Positions 12,888 through 25,513 of a DNA stretch of 64,000 nt are shown here, piece by piece. Within the stretch, counting starts at the first letter, position 1, and each line of letters starts with the position of its first letter. The DNA comes from Octopus sinensis. Lineage: Eukaryota. Below the pieces are notes generated by a model that made no database searches, was not told the origin of the DNA, and saw only the letters and a list, made by a program, of their open reading frames with translations. The DNA lies in the NCBI RefSeq assembly GCF_006345805.1, contig NC_042997.1, positions 173,042,001 through 173,106,000 of the forward strand, given 5' to 3'. The position numbers were made by a program, and so were the translations under genes.

Positions 12888-13190
12888 AGGCGTAGGAGTG
12901 ACTGTGTGGTAAGTAGCTTGCTTACCAACCACATAGTTCCGGGTTCAGTCCCACTGCTGCGTGGCAACTTGGGCAAGTGTCTTCTACTATAGCCTTGGGC
13001 TGACCAAAGCCTTGTGAGTGGATTTGGTAGATGGAAACTGAAAGAGGCCCATCGTATATATGTATATATGTGTGTGTGTGTGTGCTTGTGTGTCTGTATC
13101 ATTCACCGCCTTTAGTTGATTTGCTCAACTAAAGGCAGTGCTCCAGCATGGCCGCAGCCGAATGACTGAAACAAGTAAAAGAGAAAAAGA
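12888..13190 (+). mobile_element. SINE family A (internally shortened)
   Basis: Well-conserved head GTGTGGTAAGTAGCTTGCTTACCAACCAC...GGTTCAGTCCCACTG and tail GACTGAAACAAGTAAAAG. Confidence 0.9.
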
Positions 13191-13431
13191 GAGTTAAAGA
13201 TCTTTAGTTGGCTTACATAGATTAGAAACATGACTGCCCCTCCCTCCCCGGCCATTGTTGTTAATTAACTCCGCTGATTGACAAAATTTATGATGAAAGA
13301 GATTCTGAGTGTGTGACCATCCCTGTCTGTGTACAATTAAGAGTAGATAGCCCAATGATAAAATTCATGTTTTAAGAAGGCAAGGAGTGATTTGAGGGGA
13401 ATTTAGCTTCATACACATATAAATACATGCG

Positions 13432-14129
13432 CAGAACTGGACCTCTTATCCAGCTTCCAGAAATCCAAAATTTCCAGAATTCCAAGAATATTGTGAAATA
13501 CTGTGCAATATATTACTGTATCCTGTACTGAGTAAACAGACTCTGTTTTTGAAGTTGATTAAGGTGCATAAAAGTAGTATTATTCTTTACTCTTTTAAGT
13601 GGATTGACAAACATGAAACATACTCTGCTTTAGAAGTGTATTAATTTGTACCTGTATCTTTTAAAATCATATTCTTTACTATTTTTCACTTATGTTTTCA
13701 TTTTATAAACATTATACTGTACACATGGATTAATATATATTAAACAGGTCCTGCTTTAGAGGTGTATAAACTGGAATTTGTTAAATGCAATTAATTTCTT
13801 TATTTTACATAGTTAATTTTATATTTCAACCCTTTCGTTACTGTATTTATTTTGAGAGGCTCTGTTTTTCTTTCAATTACTTTAAATATCAGAAAGAATT
13901 TAGTAAAATAACTTAGTTATCATTCAGCTAGTGTTAGGAACATAAATTGTGATTCAGGTTTGGTGGAAGATTTTAATTCAGAACTTATGAAAATAAGACA
14001 TTTGTACTCAGAGCCAGAGCCGGTTTCAGCTGGGTTGGTAACGAAAGGGCTAAGTATATATTTGGACTGTCTTCAGAAAATCTAAAAATCTGAGACTCTT
14101 CTGGTCCCAAGCTTGCCGGATAATTAGCC
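13432..14129. mobile_element. Tigger/pogo-like non-autonomous DNA transposon interrupted by a piggyBac MITE
   Basis: CTTATCCAG...AAATCCAAAA start; CTTCTGGTCCCAAGCTTGCCGGATAA end typical of MER2/Tigger-like elements. Confidence 0.55.
13826..14053 (-). mobile_element. piggyBac-type MITE (family P1)
   Basis: CCCTTTCGTTAC...GTAACGAAAGGG TIRs, degenerate TTAA; reverse complement of 21571-21801 and 25286-25513. Confidence 0.85.
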
Positions 14130-14135
14130 CATTAC

Positions 14136-14180
<45 letters not shown>

Positions 14181-16924
14181 CGTGTGTGTGGGCGCAATGG
14201 GCTTCCAAACAATTTCTTTCTATCAAATTAACTCTCAAAGCATTGGTCAACCAGGGCCTATATATATAGTAGAAGACACTTGCCCGAAGGAATTGAACAT
14301 GAAACCAAGTGCATGCAAAGTGCACACTTACATCATGAATTAGCTTCATTAGTGTAAACTTGGACTCGATTATCAACAACAAGAGTACCGTGATATTAAT
14401 GATAAAAATAATGGTAAAAAAAAGGAACAAGTAGGTATTTATAAACTTTGGAAAGCTAGCAATTTTAATTTATCTCAGGTGATTAAATATTTTAAACTGA
14501 TTTCAAAAGAAACTTGTAAAGAGAAAAAAGTACACAAGGTGTGTGTAGGGGGGGGGGGGCATCATAAGTAATCTAAAATAAATGTAAAAGTAAAACGCAT
14601 TTTTACAGTAAAACAAGTAAAATAGATTTGTGTACTAAAACGCAATTAAAAAAAAACAACATAACTATAAAATTGTGTAATTATAATTTTGTACAGAATA
14701 CTTAATTAGTTTCGTACAGAATAAAAAAACAAAAAAATTTGAGATATAAAAATAAAATACCAAAATATTACAATAATTTATAATTTGGTCCCATATCAGT
14801 ATGGGAAAACAGATGTATGATGACGATAATGGTTATGATGAGAAAGGGCAAAAAAAAAAAAAAAAAAAAAAAAAAATCAGCAGTAATAATATTGCCTTTA
14901 TTTGCCTCAAAGTTAGCAAATGAGGAACATTATCAAAGTGAAGTAATAATAATAATAACAACAATAAAATAATAATAACCATCACCATCACTAAATTCAC
15001 CATTATAATAATCAATAATCACATTAAGTAAATTGAACCTTCGTTCTTAATTCTTTCACTCCACAGAATGCATTTTAATGCGTTATTGTTGGCAAAAAAA
15101 AAAAAAAGAGAGAAACTAAATGAATAAATAAAAAATCTCTTTCTCAAGTAATTAAAGTTCAAATTATAGAAATTAACTCTGTGATCAATAAAATCAGTTG
15201 CAGGAATATGCACCAAAGTCCATAGCAACGGAAACAGTATTTACTCGCTCAACTGGATATTTAACAAAACTATGGACACACATACACACACAAATGTGCG
15301 ATCATACATACACACACAAAAAAAAAAAAAAGACAGCACAAACACGGACACATGCATAAAAAAATATATTCAGAAATACATACAATCATAGAAATTCAGG
15401 CATAGGCACACATACATACACACAGTGGGGATATAGAGATATACATAGAAACAGAGCTCACACTTGCACACACACACACACAATCACTAGATACAATAAA
15501 ACACATGCACACTTAACATACACACATACACACACAGCAATCTAGTAAAATGGAAGAATTACAGATTTATTTGCATTCAGTGAGCATAACCACTAATGCT
15601 ACTAATGTAATCTATGTATACGTAGGTGTTCCAATATGTGAGTGCATGTATGTAGTACATTATACGTATACATAAATTAATACAAGTGTGTAGGTGTACA
15701 CACAAATACGTACATGTGTTGAAATGTGCAGAAGAGTATATAAGTGCATGTGTCTTGTCTGTGTACAGGTAACAGTGAATGCATACATATGCATGCATAA
15801 ATTAGCACCTCTGTAACCCACTAGATGGCTGTGCGTGTGTGTGTGTGCAACCAAATCTCTGGTGGTGTGGTGTGGTGTATATCATCTACAAGTGGGTTTT
15901 TCTAAAGTTGAGTGTATGCAAGATTGTATGTACAAATATGTGAGTACGCTTGAGGAAGGAAGTGGGGTAGACAAAGAGAGAGACGGGGCAGGAGAGATTG
16001 TGTTAGAGAAAGAGAGGGAGGGAAAAACATGTGAAAGAGAAAGAGAAAGAAGATATGAGCAGGAGAGAATGAGAGAGCAAGACAGAGAGAGAGAGAAAGA
16101 GAGAGAGAGAGAAAGGAGAAGTGCCTGTTATTCACTCTATAAAGAATTTCACATCAAATCCACAAAAAGTGTCTTGGCAGGTGTAGGAGGGTTAAACATT
16201 AAAAAAAAATAAAACACCCCACTGTCACCACCACACATATTTTCCTCAAAATACCAGAAAGAGGATAGTTTGGTCTGATAGGAGGGTTAGAAGAGGCACA
16301 TAACTAGTCCAAACAGAACAGATAAACAAAGAGATCCGTTAAAGTAAACAGTAAATGACAAAGAGTGATTGCTGAGTGCCAGACATGTTTTGCACTGATC
16401 GATATCCGTTAAAGTGGAGTGAATAAATGGCATCATGCCAGTATAAACAATTAACTATTATTACGCGAGTCTAACCAATAAGGCAAAGGGGCTTCTGCGT
16501 GGCCACTTGATAAATCTAGAAGGAGAAACTAAATCTACCTTGAATCAATTGTTAGTGTCTTAACCTGTTAACTGTGAAATTAAATTTTGCTATTCCAGTA
16601 ATGATGTTAAATATCAACCAAGAAAAGGAAAAAAGAAAAAAATATATATATATTTTTTTTTTTTCCAGATCACATTGCCTCAATAAGACTTCACAGATTT
16701 CAACTAAAAATATTTATGACAGTCCACGACAAAAGATATATTAGTGTGTATATAAAACCTGTTTATGCAGGTAAGGGTGATGAAATTTTTAAGTGGATAT
16801 ATCTGATTTCTTCAGTGAAAGGGTTTTAAAAAAAAATTTAAGGAATCAACAGACAGTAGCTATGGATATAATTTATACCTGTGGAAAGTTGTGATGGTTA
16901 CAACAAGAATGTTCACAATTCTAC

Positions 16925-17205
16925 TGGTATAGCTGTGTGGTTAAGAAGCCTGCTTTGCAGACATGTGGTTTTGGGTTCAACCCTACTGTGCAGCACTTGA
17001 GCCTTCTGTTACAGTTTTTTACTGACCAATGTGTTGCAAGAGAATTTTGTGTGTGCGTGTTTTCACCACTTGAGAAGTTGTGCGTGACTGTTAACACTGT
17101 CATAACTTAGCACTTTGCCGAAAGAAATCAATAAAATAGGAGCAGACTCAAAAAACTAAATATTGGGATTGATTTGTTTAAAAACCTTCAAGGTGGTGCT
17201 CCAGT
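16925..17205 (+). mobile_element. Decayed SINE family A
   Basis: GCTGTGTGGTTAAGAAG...GGGTTCAACCC head; AAGGTGGTGCTCCAG near the 3' end. Confidence 0.7.
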
Positions 17206-17879
17206 TAGGAACTGCAGTACCCCCTATTTCCACTTGATATTATCGATAACATTCAATATAATGAGTCCTTTTTTATTTAATTCTTTCTTTATACTGACTT
17301 AAGCTTAATGTCAGTAGCCATCTCCTAGTTTATGAAAAAAATACAAAAATCCTTGCATAGAACTGTGTGCTTCACAGTTCCAGTGACTTGGTGTTTGGCT
17401 GTTGTGCACATACATGTCTGAGATAGGAAGCTGCACACTAGCGAGAGAGAGCACTGCGTGAAAGGTGGCATTTCTTTTTGACTCCACGTGCGTTGTGTGT
17501 AAAAACATATTTATATTCTTGAATGTGATAAAGTGTATAATTTCAGCTTCAGCATTGCTGTGAGGATTTGAAAAACAGGGCACATCCACCCCAACCCCTA
17601 TTTTGTGATTTAGGGGGTTGGGGTTGAAAAACAAGGGGTATTTGCAGTAGTGTTCAATGAAAAAAATTAAACAAACTGCCTGGCAGTGGTTAAAATACAA
17701 ACAAATCAAGTTTATGTATAAATTTTCTTTTTATATGTTTCCTATTACACGATATTAAAACAACAGCTAAAAAATTTTTGAAGCAACACTCCCACCAATT
17801 TTATCTACAAGTCACCACTGAAAGGTACACTATGTCTGGAAAATGTTGTGATGGGTACACAATTGAAATGTTCATAATT

Positions 17880-18510
17880 ATATGGTTATGTGGTTTTGAG
17901 TTCAATCCAACTGCACAGCAGCTTGGGCTAGTCTCTGCTACAATTGCCCGACTGACCAATGCCTTGATAGTGAATTTGGTAGATGAACATTGTATGAAAG
18001 CCCAATATATATTTCTTTGCTTCCCACAAGGGGCTAAACATAGAGGGGACAAGCAAGGATAGACAAAGGCATTAAGTTGATTACATTGATGCCAGTGCGA
18101 AACTGGTACTTAATTTATTGACCCCCGAAAGGATGAAAGGCAAAGTCAAACCTCGGTGGAATTTGAACTCCGAACGTAACGACAGATGAAATACTGCTAA
18201 GCATTTCGCCCGGTGTGCTAATGTTTCTGCCAGCTCACCACCTTTGAAAGCCCAATATATGTATGTGTGCACGCAAGTGCATGAATGTATATATGTATGT
18301 GTGTGTGTGTGTGACTGTTTGTACTCACTACTTAACAATGGGTGTTGGTTTGTTTACATTCCTGTAAATTTGCCTAAAGAAACAAAGGTAATAAGTACCG
18401 GACTGAAAACAAAAACACTAATTAATAAGCACAGAAGTCAATTCTTTGATTGGACTCTTCAAGATGGTGCCTCAGTATGGCCACAGTCCAAAACCAGTAA
18501 AAATAAAAGA
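17880..18510 (+). mobile_element. SINE family A interrupted by a family B SINE
   Basis: Family A head, core and tail flank the nested insertion. Confidence 0.75.
18011..18244 (-). mobile_element. SINE family B, nested, with 16-bp TSD
   Basis: TSD TGAAAGCCCAATATAT at 17995-18010 and 18245-18260; well-conserved family B sequence. Confidence 0.92.
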
Positions 18511-18859
18511 CAAAAAGATCTTGATCAACATGAGACAATAAGCAAACTGCCACAACGACAGAGGAGGCCTCGATAGTTGCTTGACACATTATATAATGAA
18601 GTCCTAGATACACTACATCCGAAAACAAGAAATGAGATGGACACAGCTGGAACGTCATCAAGCACCTACTTCATCAGAGCAGAACTAAAGCCACACAACA
18701 ACTATTATATACTAAAATTGTTGCAGTGGTCCTTCTCTCTTTCTCTCATACAATGCATAAAATGAAGATGTTGAAGACAGTAACCAAGACGATAATGAAG
18801 ATACTGATGATGGTGGTGGTGGTGGTTTTGACATTGATGGTGATGATGACGACGGTGGC

Positions 18860-19185
18860 GGTGGTAAATTACATTGGTATATTATAGACTACCTCATTAT
18901 AGAGACTAAAATTAAAAAGTGTGAAGTGAGAGTGTTCATAATGATGATGATAAAGATTATAACAGTAATGATGATGATTGCGGTAGTGATGATGATGGTG
19001 GTGGTGGTGGTGATAATTACACTGATATAGACTACATTTTGAGAAACAGGCTAAATTAAAAAGTGAGAAATATTGATAACAATGACATGTGATGATGATG
19101 AAGATGATGATGATGATGGAGGTGGTGGTGGTGGTGGTAGCAGTGATGGTGACTGAGTGTGATGAGTTTAGTGGTAGTGAAAATT

Positions 19186-19239
<54 letters not shown>

Positions 19240-19290
19240 ACTCCATTTTCAGATACAGACTAAATTAAAAAGCGAGAAATATGATAAAAA
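18860..19290. repeat. Three degenerate tandem units with internal GAT/GGT/TA microsatellites
   Basis: Core AATTACA...ATAGACT...CATT...CTAAATTAAAAAG(T/C)G at ~18867, ~19015 and ~19182. Confidence 0.75.
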
Positions 19291-19634
19291 GCTTCTCATT
19301 GAAAATATTGATTCTAAAATTATATTCTCCCCCCTCTTTCTTTCTATCTTTCTTTCTCTCTCTCACACACACACACAAATTACAGACTCTTTCTCCTGGT
19401 TTCAGTCACTGGATTGCAGCTACGCTGAGTGCACTAGCTTCAAGATTTGTATTTTTATAATAATTTTTATTTTGTTAATTATTAAACTTATCAACCTCAC
19501 AACTTATTTCAGTCTGCTCATTTTATTTTATTAATCTTTATTTATCTGTCTGCTACAACACTGGTTTTATAAAGAAGACAGGCACAAACACATATATACA
19601 TAAGTGTGTGTGTGTGTATGTGTGTATGCATTAT

Positions 19635-20454
19635 TCTGTCTGTGGGTGTGTTTGTGGAGTTGTTAGCTAACTCCTCCTACATTGTTTAATCAATTTTGAG
19701 GAAGCTTGACACGTGAGTTGAACTCATGTCTAGAAACCTCATGGCATACTCAGATTCGTAAAAAATTCGATAATAGGGCCCCTGGAAGGGATCCTTATAT
19801 ATAGCCAAGAGAAAGTAATCCATTCATTTTCCTAAATTATTTAGTAACAAGGAAATTTGAGTATGTGCATTTCTTAGTATCTGAACTGTTAGAGTTATTT
19901 TCGCAATTTATCCAGTACAACCCTTAAACAAGTAAATATTATTTTCCTAAACAAAAGATCCACTTATTTCGGTTAGTGAGTTATTCATGAATATACCAAA
20001 ATTAGTGCCCCTGAGGGCAATATTCTCTGGGAACACACAAAAGCCCTTTTCAGAGTTATTTATTGTTATTATCTCATTTTTGATTAGCCTGTTATTATGT
20101 AACATGCTTCACAATTTTAGTATACATACATAATTAGTATTTCCTCCTATGTTCTATATACTCTGGGAACACATTAAAGCCCTTTTCAGGGCTACTTTAT
20201 TTGAATTCTTACTACTGTTAGCTAATTTTATGTTATTACACAACTGACTTCACAATTTGGGTATTCATAACTTCTTGGGAATTCCTAAAAACAAGATCCT
20301 GTGTAAGACAGTTCGATATACTCTGTAAATGCACAAAAACTGTTTTAAGGGTTACATACTTTGTATTGTTGTTACTGGATTAGCGAAACAATTATGAGAA
20401 TGGAACCAAGGGATAAGCCCCGCTTTCCCAGGAATTACCGGGTATGTCAGCTAT
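19635..20454 (+). mobile_element. Non-autonomous Helitron-like relic with internal tandem repeats
   Basis: 3' hairpin CCCAGGAATTACCGGG (20427-20442) followed by TCAGCTAT (CTRR-like end); 5' CTGTCTGT...GCTAACTCC; internal 136-160 bp repeats. Confidence 0.55.
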
Positions 20455-20509
20455 ATATACTGGGGCACCACTCAGTCTTAAACTTGGAATGCAAAGATAT
20501 AACTAAATA

Positions 20510-20567
20510 TTAAAAAGGGTTTTATTTTAATGCTGAATGTTAAAAAGGGTTTCATTTTAATGCTGAA
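20510..20567. repeat. 30-bp tandem duplication
   Basis: TTAAAAAGGGTTT(T/C)ATTTTAATGCTGAA occurs twice. Confidence 0.9.
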
Positions 20568-21570
20568 CTAATGCTATCCCCAACAACCTTAATAACCATT
20601 AGCTGTTTTATTAATCAAGCTGTTAAAACTTGAGATAAATTATAGGAAGTGAGATAGAATCATTCTTTTCCTTCTCCAGCACTCTTTCTCTAGCCCTCAC
20701 TCTGTTATTAACCAATCCTGTAGAGAAGAAACAATTTAAAAACTAAATTAGAAAAAAAAAAGTTGGAACTTTACAAATACTAATGACTCCCTTTCATTCA
20801 TTTGCTCTTCTAGTAACACCTCCTTCAGCTACACTTGACTATTTCTCATTAATTTGAATTGTGTTGGAGGAATTTCTTGGAATCTTGGAAACCTTTATTC
20901 ACTTCAACCCCTCTTCCTATCCCTCTATAGTGGAACAGTTTCCAGAAAAGTATTGTTGAAGTATTAGTCTCAACTGCCCACTCTCATAACCACCCCATCT
21001 CCCTCTCCTCTTTACAGTGAAATCTCCTGCCTTACTCTAAAAAATATAAGACCCTCAATGAACTCACCTACAACCATAAAAAAAGAAAAGGAAAATGAAA
21101 ATTTGACCCTTCTTTCCTTTCCTTCACCTATCTCTTCCTCCCACCTCTATCAGCTCTATCTCCCTCCACCTCTCTGCTTTATCCCCCTCCACTTTTTTTG
21201 TCTCATCCAAACTTGCACCTTGACCTTCTCTCCAGCTTAAACTAGTTTTATGAGTTGGTTCAGCCTTTATTGCCAGCAAAAACTATCATGGAAACATTCA
21301 CTCTTCTCCTCACTTTGCTTTCAGACAAAACAGCACAGCAGTGGCAGCACCACCATCGCCGCCACCACCACAAATGATGACAGCAGAGCTGGTAGTGGTG
21401 GATGATGATTACAGATGTAGTAGTAGTAGGTGTGGTGGAGGTGATTTTGGGCACAGGTGGCAGTAGTTCTAGTACTATTAGTAGTTGATACAATGGTGGA
21501 AACTGTGGTGTTGATATTTTAGTAGCTGTAGTAATAATAAGTGTTGCAATGGTTGTAGTTGTAATAATAA

Positions 21571-21801
21571 TTAACCCTTTTGATACCAACCGGGCTGAAA
21601 CCCGCCTCTCGCTCTGAAGTACAAATGTCTTGTTTTCCTAAATTTTGAATTAAAATCTTCCACTAAACCTTACTCACAATTTATGTTCCTGATACTAGCT
21701 GAATGATAACTAAGTTATTTCACTAAATTCTTTGTTATATTTAAAATTAATTGAAAGAAACACAGAGTATCTCAAAATAAATACAGTAACAAAAGGGTTA
21801 A
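21571..21801 (+). mobile_element. piggyBac-type MITE (family P1)
   Basis: TTAACCCTTT...AAAGGGTTAA with intact TTAA TSDs. Confidence 0.9.
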
Positions 21802-22344
21802 CATGGCATAATAACCATCTTCAATGACTTGCTATTTCAAAATGAGAAACATCTATGCAGTTTCTTAAACTTTTGAAGAGCCAAATAACATCAATCTCAC
21901 TATTTGACTGATACTCTATTCTATTGACTATTTTTTGTTTCAAGTGTTGCACTGACCATACGTTTGATATTTCTCTCTGTTCAGGTTCTAATCCAGATGA
22001 AGGTCTTTTTATAATTTTCCCTCCATGCTAGCATTTTCTTTGATTGTGCCTGTCCCAAGTCACTGTTTATGCTTTACACTTGTCAATTCTTGTTTTCACA
22101 CCAGTCTTATGTCTCTGTCCTGTATGCCTTTAAGTTGTAAGATTTTATTTTATTTTATTTTGTTTGAACCGGGGAAAGTGGGGCTTTCCAATCAAGTGAT
22201 ACCAACTTTTCCAAGTGTTGAAATTGTACTGACCCTGAATAAAAAGTTGGCCAATGACATAGGTTTATGCATGTCTATTTTTAACCTTTCTCTTAACAGT
22301 TACACGTGTCCTTTACTTTTATTTGATGATTGATATATATATAT

Positions 22345-22835
22345 CATCATCGTCATCATCATCGTCGTTTAACGTCCGTTCTCCATGCTAGCATGGGTTG
22401 GACGGTTCGACTGGGGATCTGGGAAGCCAGAAGGCTGCACCAGGCTCCAGTCTTATCTGGCAGTGTTTCTACAGCTGGATGCCCTTCCTAACGCCAACCA
22501 CTCCATGAGTGTAGTGGGTGCTTTTTACGTGCCACCTGCACAGGTGCCAGGCGAGGCTGGCAACGGCCACGGTCGGATTGGTGTATTTTATGTGCCACCG
22601 GCACGGAAGCCAGACGAAGCGGTGCTGGCATCGGCTACGAGTCGGATGGTGCTTTTTACGTACCACCAGACCAGGGAACCTGGCTGGTTCGATTCGATTT
22701 CGCTTGCCCCAACATGTCTTCGCAAGCAAGGGGGTTGGTATGGGTGCCTGTCGTACGGTCAGATTGGTGTATTTTACGTGCCACCGGCACAGAAGCCAGT
22801 GGAGGCGGCGCTGGCATCGGCCACAAAGCATCTGT
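22345..22835 (-). mobile_element. SINE 3' region with internal ~70-bp tandem array and (GAT)n tail
   Basis: CGTTTAACGTCCG...CCATGCTAGCATGGG tail; repeated TTTTACGTGCCACCGGCAC units. Confidence 0.85.
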
Positions 22836-22874
22836 AATTGGTGATGGATTTATACAATCCATGTATTTGATGAC

Positions 22875-23228
22875 TTATCTTTTACTTGTTTCAGTCATTA
22901 GACTGCAGCCATGCTGGGGCACCACCTTGAAGAATTTTTAGTTGAATGAATTAACTCCAGTATTTTTTAAAGTCTGGTAGTCATTCTATCTGCCTCTTTT
23001 GCCAAACCACTCAGTTATAGGGATGTAAACACACCAACACTGGTTGCCAAACAGTGATGGGGGACAAGTAGACACACCCACAAATATGAGAAGTCTCTTT
23101 CAGTTTCTGTCTACCAAATCCATTCACAAGGCTTTGGTAGGAGACATTTGTGCAATGTGCTACATAGTGGGACTGAACCAGGAACCATGTGGCTGGGAAG
23201 CAAACTTCACACCACACACCCATACCCA
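22875..23228 (-). mobile_element. SINE family A
   Basis: TTTTACTTGTTTCAGTCATT tail through GTGGGACTGAACCAGGAACCATGTG head. Confidence 0.85.
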
Positions 23229-23436
23229 ATGTCTAATGAAATGAAATGGTTATTTTGTTCTATTATGTAAAATAGTAGTAAATAATAAATGACCATTCTC
23301 ATGGAAGCAATCTTCATCTAATTGTAATGTTATCTTCATTCTTATTTACTTATATATATATATATATATATAATTTGTATGCATGTATTACCCAAGAGAA
23401 AAAGAAAAGAAACCCTCAAAACAGGATAGACAAAAA

Positions 23437-23672
23437 AGCAGCGAGCTGGCAGAAACGTTAGCACGCCGGGCAAAATGCTTATCAGTATTTCGTCTGCCGT
23501 TACGTTCTGAGTTCAAATTCTGCTGAGGTCGACTTTGCCTTTAATCCTTTCGGGGTCGATAAATTAAGTACCATTTACGCACTGGGGTCGATGTAATCAA
23601 CTTAAATCCCTTAGTCTGTCCTTGTTTGTCCGCTGTATGTTTAGTCCCTTGTGGGCAATAAAGAACTAAGAA
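23437..23672 (+). mobile_element. SINE family B (young copy)
   Basis: GCGAGCTGGCAGAAACGTTAGCACGCCGGGC...GACTTTGCCTTTAATCCTTTCGGGGTCGATAAATTAAGTACC. Confidence 0.9.
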
Positions 23673-25285
23673 ACTGACTTTTTTTGTGCCAATCTTCACT
23701 GTGTGCTCAATTAATACTGACATAGACCTTATAACAGACTGACCAGAGGGTGAAGTGGGATGTAAAATAAGTACCAGTAATATATAAAACTCAATACAGT
23801 AACTAGTATTTACAATCCACAGAGCAATGAAAAGACTATGTCAATGTTGTTAGGATTTGAACTTAAATTAAGAATCAGATCAATGCAAGTGGTGCAACAC
23901 TTATCATTCCCATTAAGATCACAAAATGGTAAAACAACAATTATAATATTTCTGCCGAATTTTGGGGGTGGAACTGACAATGATATAAACTCAAGTGTTT
24001 AAGTGATATTCTTTCAATTCTGAAAAAGTGAAAAGCAAAGTGAACCCACAAGGATGAAAGGCAAAAGCAATGCCAGCAAGATTTGAATTCACAAAGGGGT
24101 AAATATTACTAATAATAAAGATTTTTTTTGCATAGTCACAAGAACATGATGATAAGGAGGAGTAGTAGTAGGAGGAGGAATAAGATAAAAGAGGGGAAAA
24201 AGAGCAGAAGAAAAACAGCCTGAGGCTGAGAATGAAAATGTATTGCTTAGTTTAAGCAAATGGAAGAAAATAAATAAAACATTAAAAAAATAGAATGAAA
24301 ATAAAGAGGATAAAAAAAAAAAAAACAAAGTGCAAATATGTGTGGAAACGAAAAAAGCAAAGAAGAATATTACAATTTTTGTGGAGGGAGAAAAAAAATA
24401 GCATTTGACTGAAAAACAAAATCACACCTATAAAAAAAAAGTAAAAAAAAACCTTCTCATTGATGCAAGTCTATTAGTAATGCAAGCATCAACAAATAGA
24501 TGTTAAATTGGTCTATTAGCAATGCTACAGAAAAAAAATAGTAATTAGAAATAATAACTAGCCCACTACAAAACATGAAAAAAAAAAAAAAAAAAAAAAA
24601 AAGAATGCAATTACTGTGTGTGTGTGTAAACGTTATCACATATATCATACTACTACCGCAACTACTACTGCTATCACTACTACTTCTGCTGCTGCTGCTA
24701 CTACTATTACTGCCAATACCACCAAATACTACTACTACTATCACCACCATCACCATCATTTTATGTCCATTTTTCCATGATGGTATGGGTTAGACAGGAT
24801 ATTGTAGTGTGTTCTGCATCACCATGTACATGCAACAAGGAAGATTACAATCTCCTCTACTTGTTGATAGCCGTTATTCAGAGTTATGGCCATTACAGGC
24901 AGGTATTTAGTCTGTTATTATGCAGGAAGTGGAGACTGCATCCCATTTGTTGTTTCTAGAATGAATTTATTAGATGAATTTTACAATGCCCACAACAGTA
25001 AGAGTGGCTGTCCTTAACAATTTCCACAAGAATTTTCTTTACTTTTTCTTCAGAGTTGGTTCTGTGCTAGACAGGCAGCCTGCAATGCTCATAAATTCTA
25101 TAATGAACATGTGTGTATCTATGTACACACACACACACACAAAATAATGTGTTTATCATCATCATTTAACACCCATCTTCTATGCTGGCATGAGTTGGGC
25201 AGTTGAGGTTTCAAAAATTTTACATGGACATCCAATTGACAAGTGAGTGTTTACTTTGTCAAATGCATCTAAGCATAACTGGCCC

Positions 25286-25513
25286 TTAACCCTTTCATTT
25301 CCAACCCGGCTGAAACCGGCTCTGACCCTGAGTATAAAAATCTTGCTTTCATAAGTTCTGAATTAAAATCTTCCACCAAACCTTAATCACAATTTATGTT
25401 CCTAACACTAGCTGAATGATAACGAAGTTATTTTACTAAATTCGTTGTTATATTTAAAGTAATTGAAAGAAACACAGAGCATCTGAAAATAAATACAGTA
25501 ACGAAATGGTTAA
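25286..25513 (+). mobile_element. piggyBac-type MITE (family P1)
   Basis: TTAACCCTTTC...GAAATGGTTAA; high identity to the 21571 copy. Confidence 0.88.

Noticed and set aside
15216-15232. RFX X-box (GTCCATAGCAAC)
   Set aside because: Only one good half-site; expected by chance
17311-17709. 132-aa minus-strand ORF
   Set aside because: Non-ATG start, no recognisable domain, no splice context
22385-22837. 150-aa ORF with YVPPA repeats
   Set aside because: Lies wholly in a SINE tandem array and is open on several frames and strands
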